From the IMG/VR virus record IMGVR_UViG_2871760914_000003, positions 3,131 through 67,130 of that record: 64,000 bases of DNA; one strand, written 5' to 3'. Origin of the DNA: a virus (lineage: Duplodnaviria > Caudoviricetes). The translations under genes and the position numbers were made by a program. A model generated the notes under the pieces. That model was not told where the DNA came from and did no database searches. It saw nothing but the letters and a program-made list of their open reading frames with translations. Shown in pieces: positions 39,065 through 48,216 of the stretch. The number at the start of each line of letters is the position of its first letter. Position 1 is the first letter of the stretch.

Positions 39065-39110
39065 ACTCATAATCGCTTGGTCGCTGGTTCAAACCCAGCA
39101 GGGACCACCA
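39065..39110 (+). repeat. Second att core (tRNA-Ile 3' fragment)
   Basis: 45/46 identical to 28997-29042. Confidence 0.93.
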
Positions 39111-39136
39111 GATTTAGTGATGAAAATCATTCAGTT

Positions 39137-39162
39137 AAGCCACCTCGCAAGGGTGGCTTTTT
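39137..39162 (+). terminator. Intrinsic terminator-like hairpin after att
   Basis: AAGCCACC-TCGCAAG-GGTGGCTTTTT. Confidence 0.7.
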
Positions 39163-39209
39163 CGTTTTTAGAATTCGTCATTGGTCGTAAAATACCAGAT
39201 ATAGATCTT

Positions 39210-40101
39210 CTCAAACGGCCGAGACGGCAGAAGGATTCGCCGCCAGTTTGCGATGAAGGGCGGAGCACAATCCTATGAGAAATTCATAAAAGAACAGGCT
39301 CAAGATAAGCCCTGGTTGGGAGATAAAGCAGATAAGCGGCGAACCATAATGGCTTTTGCCTGCGAGGCAATGGGAAACCCACTCGCAACCGATTTTAACG
39401 CAAAAATTTTTGCTTCTTATCGTGAGCAGCGATTACGCGGCAAAATTACCTGCTCCAACCGAGTGAAGACGGTTACGCCGCGCACAGTAAATTGAGAACT
39501 GGCGTATTTCAGAGCAATTTTTAACGAGTTGCGCCGGTTAGATGAATGGACCACGCCAAATCCGCTTGAGAACGTACGAGTGTTTAAGATTAGTGAATCA
39601 GAGATGGCGTATCTCACTATTGAGGAAATTAGAACCCTCCTCGCCGAATGTGAGAACAGCCGATCTAAAGATCTGACGACCATTGTGAAAATCTGCCTGG
39701 CAACTGGCGCACGATGGAGTGAAGCTGAAGGCTTGAAGGGGAACCAAATCCGCGCCGGTCAGATCATCTACGTTAAAACTAAAGGCAAGAAAAACCGAGC
39801 GGTGCCGATAACTGAAAAATTACAGGCTGAACTGCCATCGAGCAGGAAAGCGCAGTTGCTCTTTAAACCATGCTATTCAGCCTTTAGAAAGGCTATGCAA
39901 CGCGCCGGCATCGAGACACCTGCTGGGCAGCTGACGCATGTTTTACGACACACCTTCGCGTCTCATTTCATGATGAACGTCTCGTACTTCAGCGGATATT
40001 GGGGCATACAGATATTAAGGTGACGATGCGATATGCGCACTTGGCACCGGATCATTTGTCTGAGGCCTTGAGGCTTAATCCCTTGAGTATAATGGACTAA
40101 A
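39210..40101 (+). pseudogene. P2-family integrase pseudogene
   Basis: NGRDGRRIRRQFA N-terminal remnant; in-frame TGA at 39493; frameshift after HFMMN; LGHTDIKVTMRYAH continues in another frame. Confidence 0.9.
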
Positions 40102-40105
40102 GAAG

Positions 40106-40726
40106 ATGTTAATGGACAACAAAAAATATCAATACAACTTGTACGAAATTCTTTGCCTAATGACATATGGTGAAGCATTTGAAGCTTATCGTGTTGATGA
40201 CTACGACAAAGAGATTACTGAATGGGCTGAGAGGGAAATCATAGCAGGAAATGATTCAGAAACCGTTTTAATTCTCGCCTCTCTAAACTTAGATAAAAAA
40301 CCTGATCAGTATGAGGTAAAATATTACCTTTCAGCTTATATGCGCCAAGAAAGTATTTTCATGCCGAATCTTAGCGAAAGCTCTGTTGTATGGTTAAGAA
40401 TTAAAACTTGGTTTTTACTCCATGTTGAATCTGTCGCCGAAATCGGACTCAGATTACACCAAATTCCTGCGTTCCCACTGAGTTCTAATTCTCTTTTATC
40501 TAGCAAAATCACTTGGCAATACTATCATTTATACGAAGAATTGTTTGAAGACTGGGGACCAGATTATCCTGCAAAAGCGTCTAAAATGAGCGAGCCAGAA
40601 ATAATTAACTACATAAAGGACAGATTAAAACCGTTTTATCGAATCCTTACCAATAAAGATTGGGTTGACTTATTATCTGGAAACTATCGCAATTCTCCTA
40701 AGGTACGTAAACAGGAAATAAATTGA
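40106..40726 (+). CDS. Hypothetical cargo protein
   Basis: 206-aa low-GC ORF, coupled to next gene; no family recognised. Confidence 0.7.
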   Translation: MLMDNKKYQYNLYEILCLMTYGEAFEAYRVDDYDKEITEWAEREIIAGNDSETVLILASLNLDKKPDQYEVKYYLSAYMRQESIFMPNLSESSVVWLRIKTWFLLHVESVAEIGLRLHQIPAFPLSSNSLLSSKITWQYYHLYEELFEDWGPDYPAKASKMSEPEIINYIKDRLKPFYRILTNKDWVDLLSGNYRNSPKVRKQEIN

Positions 40727-41163
40727 TGGGCGTTGAATTTCATATAACAAGAGCAGAGTTTTGGGCTGAAAACCATGATAATCAAATCAGTTCTGATGAA
40801 TGGTTAAATATCATAAATAACGATCCCGAACTTAGTCTTTCCCCAAGAAATGGAGAGTTTAACGCCATATGGAATGGGGATGGTTCGGACAGAGAAGACT
40901 GGCTTGATTGGTCTAAAGGTAACATTTATACCAAATGGCCACCAACTCCTCTCTATCGGAAAATGCTCCAAATTTCTCAGGAGCTGAACGCGAAGGTGAT
41001 GGATGATGATGGCACGTTATACGAGACTCCAAACGCTTGGCAATTCGATCCAGAAAACAGGGAAACCACGGCTTCTGCTAACTCTCAAAATGGCAGCAAA
41101 GTGGCAGCAGAGCGCAACGCTATTCAACGCTTTCTGTTGCTATTCGGTCTAAAGAAAAGATAA
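40723..41163 (+). CDS. Hypothetical cargo protein
   Basis: 146 aa, Trp/acid-rich (HITRAEFWAEN...ISSDEWL...WSKGNIYTK...LNAKVMDDDG). Confidence 0.7.
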   Translation: MMGVEFHITRAEFWAENHDNQISSDEWLNIINNDPELSLSPRNGEFNAIWNGDGSDREDWLDWSKGNIYTKWPPTPLYRKMLQISQELNAKVMDDDGTLYETPNAWQFDPENRETTASANSQNGSKVAAERNAIQRFLLLFGLKKR

Positions 41164-41201
41164 AGATCAGTAAGTTACTGATTTCACTCACTTCAAATTG
41201 G

Positions 41202-41236
41202 GACTCATAATCACTTGCTCACTGACTTAAGTCTAA
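41202..41236 (+). repeat. Third, degenerate att fragment
   Basis: GACTCATAATCACTTGCTCACTGACTTAAGTCTAAC aligns without gaps to the tRNA-Ile anticodon-T-arm sequence. Confidence 0.75.
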
Positions 41237-41700
41237 CGAAAATGAAGCTTGTAAGGTTAGCCAAAATTTCAAAATGACTTGCTGGGGTAACATTCAATTT
41301 TTTTCGATTACATCGATAAACAGGTTGCAGCAAAATACGATATTACTGTGAGGAATTTAAAATGATAGATATAAACCCTGTATTTAGAATTAAACCCACT
41401 TACTATATCTTACATAAAGATAAGCAACGATACTGACCCAGGCAAAGAAAAACCCCATAGGATAAAATGGAACAAATCACACAATAAAATAAGCGCCAAC
41501 AGCACTGGCTATAATCGGTACAAGATAGAAAAATGATTGCATTAACCATACAGTAAAAAGCTTCATTTACTCACAACTCCATCAAAGCCTCTACTATTTA
41601 ATCAAACTCGTAATGGCCACATTAAAAACTTCACAATATCGAAATTTGGTTTTTTTTCATTTACCACACATATAATTAACTCAACATTTCACCCACAAAT

Positions 41701-41892
41701 TTATCCCTTCGGCTCAATTCCCCTTGCCTTTAATGCCTCCCTCGCCAGATTCTTTAACCAGCTTGCCAGACTAATTCCTTCTTCAGTTGCAACCGCATCG
41801 AGCTGTTTTTTCAAGGCGGGATCAATGCGCATTTTAAATTGTGGGGACTTGCCTCCACCTTTTGGTTTTTTTTCACGCATTATTATTGACAT
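41701..41892 (-). CDS. Ribbon-helix-helix (Arc/HicB-like) DNA-binding protein
   Basis: SPQFKMRIDPALKKQLDAVATEEGISLASWLKNLAREAL. Confidence 0.8.
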   Translation of the reverse strand: MSIIMREKKPKGGGKSPQFKMRIDPALKKQLDAVATEEGISLASWLKNLAREALKARGIEPKG

Positions 41893-42029
41893 GTGGCTAC
41901 CTACTCCTTCAATTTAGCCTTATAAAAGACCACACTAACACGAGGCCTTTTATGAGAGCAACGCCCCGGCAGTGATGCAACACATACCGGAGCGTTTAAC
42001 CACAACGTTCAGTGTTAAGGAACAACGCT

Positions 42030-42560
42030 ATGGCTAATACCGATAGTAACACAACCGCCCATCATCAAATCGTGGACATTCAGCCAGTTATCGAATCTGC
42101 GATCTCAAACCTCTTGAAAACGCCGCTCGGCACCACGCACGATCTCTTTCAGGTGCTGGATACGTGCGTGCGCTATGTCGATGCCCTGGTGGAATGTAAC
42201 GAGCTCGCAGCTCGCATGGCGCTATGCGGTCGCCTGCTTGCTGCACTGGAAGTCCTGAGGGTTCTGTTGGACCAGCCACTGCCAGAACACCTGATTGAGC
42301 GCCTCACAGTGGATAAAGTTGAGCATAAAGCCTGTCGAAGCGGCGGTTCGATTGATTCAGAAGAGATGCGGCAATATTGCAGCGCGTTAACGTTAGTATT
42401 GCTGAATCAGCAGGCCCCGGCAGACTTGCAAAAACATATCACGGGCTTGTTATTCCAGATGGTTAACATCATGGCTGATGACTTAACCGCGCCGCGCTTT
42501 TTGCGAACAGAGTCGGGGCTGGTGATGATAGAGAGCAAATTTACACATATCGTTCACTGA
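42030..42560 (+). CDS. Hypothetical alpha-helical protein
   Basis: AAGGA RBS then ATG GCT AAT; divergent from the RHH gene; followed by hairpin CCCTTCTTCC..GGAAGAAGGG. Confidence 0.75.
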   Translation: MANTDSNTTAHHQIVDIQPVIESAISNLLKTPLGTTHDLFQVLDTCVRYVDALVECNELAARMALCGRLLAALEVLRVLLDQPLPEHLIERLTVDKVEHKACRSGGSIDSEEMRQYCSALTLVLLNQQAPADLQKHITGLLFQMVNIMADDLTAPRFLRTESGLVMIESKFTHIVH

Positions 42561-42757
42561 TTTTGGCCCCTTCCCTTCTTCCGCAGGGAAGAAGGGAATT
42601 CTCATGCAAAATTTAAAATATCACTGTTGACTCACTCTCAGTGCCAAAATGCTTTATAACCCTGAGTTTTCTTCTGCCGAAAATACCGCCACAATTCATC
42701 TCCATTCACTGGACATATATTTTGTCGTGCTGACACTCCTGAAATCTTTTCATTCCC

Positions 42758-42889
42758 GTACAGTTATTGCCATTGTCCCCCAAGGGCCCGCGCCCTACCC
42801 GCCGTACAGTTATTAACAGAACTCCAAGGGCCCGCGCCCTACCCGCCGTACAGTTATTAACAGAACTCCCAGAGGCCGCTGTCGCGCCC
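42758..42889 (-). repeat. Three tandem copies (46/44-bp period) of the P2 gpA nick-site/ori sequence, outside any A gene
   Basis: GTACAGTTATT starts at 42758, 42804 and 42848; copies 2 and 3 contain GTACAGTTATTAACAGAACTCC; copy 1 degenerate. Confidence 0.9.
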
Positions 42890-42955
42890 TTAAACATCAA
42901 CGGCGCGCGGGCCTTCAGCCTCATCTCTCAGCGATCCTATCCAGGCCGCAGCCAT

Positions 42956-42978
42956 AAAAAAACCCGCTTTCGCGGGTT
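42956..42978 (-). terminator. ogr terminator
   Basis: AACCCGC-TTTC-GCGGGTT preceded on the plus strand by an A-tract. Confidence 0.75.
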
Positions 42979-42982
42979 GGGC

Positions 42983-43204
42983 TTACAGCAGCTGCGGTGA
43001 GGGGTTATTGCTGCCTTTTGCCATCATCGGCACCGTATTGATCTGCGCCGGTTCGACGATAATCCCGGACACGCTCTCCAGGGTTTTAAAGGTACAACTG
43101 CAGTTAATGTTCTGGCACTGGTGATAACGTTCTTTCGTCTCTTTCGAAACGTAGCGACTGCTTTTCGTATGGGCGGCGGTCTGACATTTTGGGCAATGCA
43201 TCAT
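42983..43204 (-). CDS. ogr: Late transcription activator (Ogr/Delta zinc finger)
   Basis: MMHCPKC...KERYHQCQNINCSCTF. Confidence 0.95.
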   Translation of the reverse strand: MMHCPKCQTAAHTKSSRYVSKETKERYHQCQNINCSCTFKTLESVSGIIVEPAQINTVPMMAKGSNNPSPQLL

Positions 43205-43266
43205 GGTGGTTCTCCTCTCTGGCATACAACAACATTAGCCAAAGACTAAACAAAAAGCAACTTAAA

Positions 43267-43281
43267 TTAGACTTAATCTAA
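43267..43281. promoter_or_regulatory. Putative CI operator upstream of ogr
   Basis: Palindrome TTAGA-CTTAA-TCTAA; same arms at 63389-63403 upstream of cI. Confidence 0.6.
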
Positions 43282-44435
43282 CCAGCCTGTTTTTCCACTA
43301 AGACGTAATCCACGTTTTCAACCATCAGCTCCAGGTTCAACAAGGTGGTAAATCCACTTTTATCGATGGTATGCACGATATTGGTAATCAGCCATTTTTG
43401 ATTATCGATGACCGATTTAAAACCCTGGGCTTTGACCGGCGTTTCAGGAATCAGCTTTGCAGCGCCCAGTGCCAGTAGGATCTTCAACGTAGCCCGGTTA
43501 CGTTGCAGATCCTGCCACTTCGCTTTAGCCGCCTCCTCTGCTTCCTCCTGGCTACTGAAGTGCGTATTCAGTAAGAACAGCTTCTTATTGCTGCCAAAAA
43601 CATAGGTTTTTCCCGGGTCTTGTTGCCCGATTGTGGGGATATTTTTGGCCGCCGGATGGACAGGGTTCACCGCCGGTGTTGCTGGCGGTATCGTGTTGAC
43701 GGTTATCCCTTTCTGCTGCGCCTTTTTCTGATCGTACCATTTTGCTTCAACGCCACTGTAATCGTCGCGCTTAAACAATTTGTACTCATACTTATCGCCA
43801 TCCTGTCGGTTCAGATTCAGGAGTGGAATCGGCTTTCCGCTCACGGTCACGCCCTGCCCGGGGGGAAAGAACAGTAGCGTCTTATCTTTTATTGCCGCCA
43901 CCGCGCCAACCAGCATAGCCAGCCGGGTAATGAACGTGCCGTCCGTTTCCTGCGTCTGATCGATATGCTTAATCTTTTTTTTGGCTATCTCCGGCCGCAC
44001 GTCGGAGGTAAGTCCGTTACGTTTCGCGATTTTGTCCACAACCTCGCCAACCGTCATGTCTGGATACGAATCAGTGATTTTAACATCGAGCGAACCGCTA
44101 AAATCGGCGCTTCGGGCGACAACCGTTATCGTGTCCGGCGCGCCCTGGTAGGTGACCTGATCAATGATGTAGGAGCCTTTATCTGCAAGCGGCTGCCCCT
44201 TCCAGCCTATCTCTAAGACCACTTTCGCGCCAAAGGGCGGCATGACCAACTGGCCGTCACTGTCGTCGAGCACCAGGTCCAGCTGATCGACCTCCAGGCC
44301 GCGGTTATCCGTTAACTTCAGAGAAATCAGCCGTGGGCGAATATCTTCCGTTTTATCCTTCGTCTCAATTTTGATAGTAAAGTCCGGCGTAGGCGCAACG
44401 CGCAGGGGCACCGGAATCGGGACGATATCGCTCAT
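43278..44435 (-). CDS. D: Late control/baseplate hub protein D
   Basis: RLISLKLTDNRGLEVDQLDL...HIDQTQETD..F...LIPETPV..QGFK. Confidence 0.93.
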   Translation of the reverse strand: MSDIVPIPVPLRVAPTPDFTIKIETKDKTEDIRPRLISLKLTDNRGLEVDQLDLVLDDSDGQLVMPPFGAKVVLEIGWKGQPLADKGSYIIDQVTYQGAPDTITVVARSADFSGSLDVKITDSYPDMTVGEVVDKIAKRNGLTSDVRPEIAKKKIKHIDQTQETDGTFITRLAMLVGAVAAIKDKTLLFFPPGQGVTVSGKPIPLLNLNRQDGDKYEYKLFKRDDYSGVEAKWYDQKKAQQKGITVNTIPPATPAVNPVHPAAKNIPTIGQQDPGKTYVFGSNKKLFLLNTHFSSQEEAEEAAKAKWQDLQRNRATLKILLALGAAKLIPETPVKAQGFKSVIDNQKWLITNIVHTIDKSGFTTLLNLELMVENVDYVLVEKQAG

Positions 44436-44436
44436 C

Positions 44437-44940
44437 TCAGCGCCCTCCATTCAGCGCAGAAGTGGCGCTGTTGATGACAGAGCCGACCCGTTGCGCTGCG
44501 TCACTGGCCCGGTTTTGCAGTTCTTCCGCCTGCCTTTTTAAGTCCCCGAACATACTGGTTAGTGAATCGTCTACCCGCATCAGGTTCAGGGTAAAGCCTA
44601 TCTTGCGCGCGCTGCCGTCGCTGTAGAACTCCGTATGCGTCGCCGAGAAATCCGTCACAACAAACATGCCGTAAATAATGCCATTGCCGCCAATCAGCGG
44701 CCACGCCAGCCCTTCATCGGCCATAGTCTTCAGCGCCAGCAGTGTGACATTGCCGCCGGTGATTTCAGGCCGGAGTTCGCCAGACAGCTTGATTTTATCG
44801 TCGCCGCCGCCCAAAAACTGGGTCGACTCACGACGCCCCACGCGGCTGTTTTTCGCCCAGCGATAGGTAATGTCATGCTGCAAATTGTCGAAGGGAAGGG
44901 TTTGCCGTACAAACGGCATCATGCCTAATATCATCATCAT
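44437..44940 (-). CDS. U: Tail protein U
   Basis: MMMILGMMPF...RVGRR...QFLG..DDKIKLSGELRPEITGG. Confidence 0.93.
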   Translation of the reverse strand: MMMILGMMPFVRQTLPFDNLQHDITYRWAKNSRVGRRESTQFLGGGDDKIKLSGELRPEITGGNVTLLALKTMADEGLAWPLIGGNGIIYGMFVVTDFSATHTEFYSDGSARKIGFTLNLMRVDDSLTSMFGDLKRQAEELQNRASDAAQRVGSVINSATSALNGGR

Positions 44941-44946
44941 GGTTAA

Positions 44947-47193
44947 TTAATCCAGACTAAACATGGAGTTATAGCTATGGTCAGACGTGGACCATGGCGA
45001 TGCAGTGGAATACTGCGCAACGGCCTGTCCAATCGCCTGAGGCTCACCTGTCGCATAGATATTGTTGGTGACCGTGTGCTGACGGTTATCCACGTTTGAA
45101 TTGTTAACCGAGGGCAAAGGCTGATTGAGCGTGCTGTTCAGGCTGGCGCGCGATGCGGCCGGACGGGTATCCGCGTTATCCTCATCCTCTTCATCCTGCT
45201 CACGCATTTTGGGCGGAGGCAGCTTGTCTTTCACCTTGTCAGATTTCTCATCGATGATGCCAAGCTTGCCCAGCACCCAGTCAATGCCGCCTCGCAGCTG
45301 ATTCAGGGCTTCACCGGGTAATTTGAGTGCCGTCGCCAGCATATTGCCGAAGCGCTGTCCCATCTCACCTGCCGAGGCCAGTTCCTGCTGAGAAAACTTC
45401 ACGGGTTCCAGCAGCTTTGAGAACCAGGCCCCCAGCTCGGACACTTTATTGCTGAACCACTCAAATACTGGCTTCAGCGGCGCGAACGCGTCGCTTATCG
45501 GCCCCATCGCCGCACTGAAGCCCTGAGCGATGCCGCTGATAAAGGCGCTAATCGGTTCCCAGTACTGATAAACCAGCATGGCCCCCGCCGCGATAGCGGC
45601 ACCAAGCACCACCACCGGCAGCGTGATCGCTCCCAGCGTGGCCGTAATGGCGCCGCCGATGATGGCAAATGCACCGCCCAGCAGCTCCACGCCCGCCATG
45701 ATGGTGCTCAGCCCGCTAATGACCGGCCAGGCAATGTTCCCGACGCTGGCCAGGGAATCCACCAAGGTCAGCCCACCGGCCGCCAGCGTCAGCAGGCTGT
45801 CAGAAAGTTGAGGATTGAGATTCATGACGCCGGTCAGAACAGACTGAACGGATAAGCCGTCCTGACTGATAGCTTGCAAGTTAGTATCCACAGAGGCATC
45901 TGCTGCAGGCGGCTGGGCAGCGGGCGCCTGAGACAGCTGATCCAGCCGGCCACTGGCCGCGCCCTTCATCAATGCTGCGGCAGGTGCGGCGCCCTGTTCA
46001 CCAAATATTGCCTGCAGATAAGTGGCCTGCTGGGCAGCGTCGAGCTTGTTTTTCTCAAACGCCGCCTGCACCTGGCTGAGCACCGCGAAAATGGGCTGAC
46101 TGTTGCCCTGGTCGTCAGCAGTTTGCACATTCAACGCTTTAAGCGCGCTGTCTGCGCTGGCATCAGGCGCCTGAACGTGCGTTAACATCGCACTGGCGCC
46201 GGCGCCTGCCTGGCTGCCCGTTATACCGTTTTCCGCCAGCACGCCCATCATGGCCGCGGTCTGGCCAACGCTTACACCGGCGTCCTTCGCGGCTGGCCCT
46301 ACGGCGACCATCGCCGTCTTAAGTGCGGCAAAATCGGGTGTTTTATTGGCAAAGGTCGATGAGAGCACGTCGCCTAACTGACCAACCTGGTCATCTGCAA
46401 TGCCGAACGCGTTTTTAATATTGAGCACCAAAGACGCGCTTTCTTGCATGCTACGTTGCGTCGCGTTTGCAAGGTTAGCTACTGCCGGTGCTGCAGCTTT
46501 TGCCTCACCCGATGAGCCACCCGATTGCGTAATCGCCGCGCGGGCTTGCACAACCTCATTTGCAGGTGACAGATAATCGATAACTTTGCGACCCTTCTCG
46601 ACAAAGTCTTTGGCTTTCGAACTGGCGCTTTGTACGTTATCTGCCAGCGCCATGCCCGCACGGTAACGTTCACGGGTGCGGTTGAGTTTGTCCTGACGCT
46701 GATTTAGCAGATTCATGGACTCACCCTGCGCATTGAGGGTGGATGTCGTGCGCTCTGTTTGTTGATTTAGCTTCTGGCGCTCGCTGCTCAACCGGCGCGT
46801 GGAAATTCCCGCCTCGTTCAGGGACTGGCGCTGATCCTGTACTGACTGACGCAGTTGAAGGTTTTTTTGCTGCAGCGCGTTAGCCGACTGACGCAGCTTA
46901 TCCAGCGCCTGGGTTTGTTCCGCGGTAGGGTTTTGAGTGTTTTTAAGTTGAATGGCAAGTGCCGCTGCTTCTGCCCGGGTATTTTTAAGATTTTGTTGGG
47001 TCAGCGTCAGTTCTTTGCGGGTTTCACGGAACCCTTCAATCTGCGCGGATTTGGCGTTGAGCTCGTCCAGGCGATCCTGCGTTTCCTGGATATCCGCAGA
47101 CAGCTTTTCGGTTTCTTTACGTACGGCATTGAACGGGCGCGTAGCCCGATCAACCGCTTCCAGCAGCACTTGCAGCTTGAGCGTGTTACTCAT
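44947..47193 (-). CDS. T: Tail tape measure protein
   Basis: LKLQVLLEAVDRATRP N-terminus, coiled coil, TP901-like core, WEPISAF; 748 aa, open. Confidence 0.93.
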   Translation of the reverse strand: MSNTLKLQVLLEAVDRATRPFNAVRKETEKLSADIQETQDRLDELNAKSAQIEGFRETRKELTLTQQNLKNTRAEAAALAIQLKNTQNPTAEQTQALDKLRQSANALQQKNLQLRQSVQDQRQSLNEAGISTRRLSSERQKLNQQTERTTSTLNAQGESMNLLNQRQDKLNRTRERYRAGMALADNVQSASSKAKDFVEKGRKVIDYLSPANEVVQARAAITQSGGSSGEAKAAAPAVANLANATQRSMQESASLVLNIKNAFGIADDQVGQLGDVLSSTFANKTPDFAALKTAMVAVGPAAKDAGVSVGQTAAMMGVLAENGITGSQAGAGASAMLTHVQAPDASADSALKALNVQTADDQGNSQPIFAVLSQVQAAFEKNKLDAAQQATYLQAIFGEQGAAPAAALMKGAASGRLDQLSQAPAAQPPAADASVDTNLQAISQDGLSVQSVLTGVMNLNPQLSDSLLTLAAGGLTLVDSLASVGNIAWPVISGLSTIMAGVELLGGAFAIIGGAITATLGAITLPVVVLGAAIAAGAMLVYQYWEPISAFISGIAQGFSAAMGPISDAFAPLKPVFEWFSNKVSELGAWFSKLLEPVKFSQQELASAGEMGQRFGNMLATALKLPGEALNQLRGGIDWVLGKLGIIDEKSDKVKDKLPPPKMREQDEEDEDNADTRPAASRASLNSTLNQPLPSVNNSNVDNRQHTVTNNIYATGEPQAIGQAVAQYSTASPWSTSDHSYNSMFSLD

Positions 47194-47308
47194 CTGAGGT
47201 TACTCCACTGCGGATCATCACTCTATGCCGCCAGTCGAGTAACTCTTCCAGCGACATGGGATACATTTCTGAGGGTGGCCAGTGAAAAACGCTGGCAATA
47301 TCGGCCAT
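47186..47308 (-). CDS. gpE' extension
   Basis: MADIASVFHWPPSEMYPMSLEELLDWRHRVMIRSG; slippery TTTTTTG at 47362-47368. Confidence 0.88.
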   Translation of the reverse strand: MADIASVFHWPPSEMYPMSLEELLDWRHRVMIRSGVTSDE

Positions 47309-47340
47309 CAGGTCATTGACCGTCAGATCGCGGGGCCAGC

Positions 47341-47637
47341 TTACGCGGCCGATTTCGCTGACAAAAAACCAATCACCTTGCCGCCCAGGGCAATCAGGTC
47401 AACTGGGTCCAGTGCGTTGCACTCTGCTTTGGTCAGCGATGGCATGGTGATGCGGGGCAGCACCATCAACAGGGCATCCACATCGGACGAGGCCAGATCA
47501 GCCAGCCGCACACCGCGCAGCGCGCCGGCGGTCGGTTTCACCAGCTCAACCTGAGCGATCACCACATCGCCACGTGAAATCGGGCTTTCCAGCACCACCA
47601 GGTTTTCTTTCAGTTCTGGCTTATCAAGCTGTTCCAT
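47341..47637 (-). CDS. E: Tail assembly chaperone gpE
   Basis: KPTAGALRGVRL...LPRIT.PSL...LDPVDL. Confidence 0.93.
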   Translation of the reverse strand: MEQLDKPELKENLVVLESPISRGDVVIAQVELVKPTAGALRGVRLADLASSDVDALLMVLPRITMPSLTKAECNALDPVDLIALGGKVIGFLSAKSAA

Positions 47638-47691
47638 TTTTTCTCCATCCCAATCAAGAGGGGCCAGCGCAGGACGCGCCGGCCGTTGTTA

Positions 47692-48204
47692 TTACACCAG
47701 GCCGAGGTTTTTACGGCGCTGTTCCAGACGATCGACGCCGTTGACCTTCTCCACCATGTTGACGGTGTCGATTTCAATCAGCTCTTTGCCATTCCAGGTC
47801 AGTTTGAAATAGGTGTTTTTACTGGTGATTTTGGTTTCGGTGTTTTCGCCCTGTTTGGCTTCACCGAAGTCAAAGGACTGGTGCTTACCGCGTACTTCGA
47901 TTTCCACGGCGATTTCTTCGCCGGTGTCATCACGCTGATAAGAACCGGTGAAACGCAACGGTACGTTCGCCATCGCGCCCCACTGGCTTAATACCAGCTC
48001 ATCCATCCCGCCCAGCGTCCACTCCATATCGAGTGCCGCATCGTCCAGGCCGTTATCAATGAATGCCGCACCGTTCATACCGCCAGCGCGGTAGGTATCC
48101 AGCTTGCGAGACAGCTTCGGCAGCGTAACTGCGGTGACGATGCCCTGATAGCTGTTTGAATCGTTGAAGAGGTTCAACCCCTTGAGTTTACGTGGCAGTG
48201 CCAT
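47692..48204 (-). CDS. FII: Tail tube protein
   Basis: MALPRKLKGLNLF...YRAGGM. Confidence 0.96.
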   Translation of the reverse strand: MALPRKLKGLNLFNDSNSYQGIVTAVTLPKLSRKLDTYRAGGMNGAAFIDNGLDDAALDMEWTLGGMDELVLSQWGAMANVPLRFTGSYQRDDTGEEIAVEIEVRGKHQSFDFGEAKQGENTETKITSKNTYFKLTWNGKELIEIDTVNMVEKVNGVDRLEQRRKNLGLV

Positions 48205-48216
48205 TTATCCGGCTCC

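Larger units (their letters stand above)
29043..39110. mobile_element. ~10 kb att-flanked satellite-like island (int-alpA-gpA-Lamassu-cos-terS)
   Basis: 46-bp direct repeats (1 mismatch) at 28997 and 39065; integrase next to the right att; GGGGATAC arm repeats at both ends. Confidence 0.9.

Noticed and set aside
41240-41700. Gene or sRNA in the AT-rich gap
   Set aside because: No ORF of 60 aa or more and no convincing structure or repeat seen
42758-42889. Mini CRISPR array
   Set aside because: Units are near-identical tandem copies with no unique spacers, no cas genes nearby, and the sequence matches the gpA ori
42706-43000. ORFs 42706-42924 (-) and 42767-43000 (+)
   Set aside because: Translations of the ori repeat (SSVNNCT is the peptide the ori encodes within A); no RBS or family support
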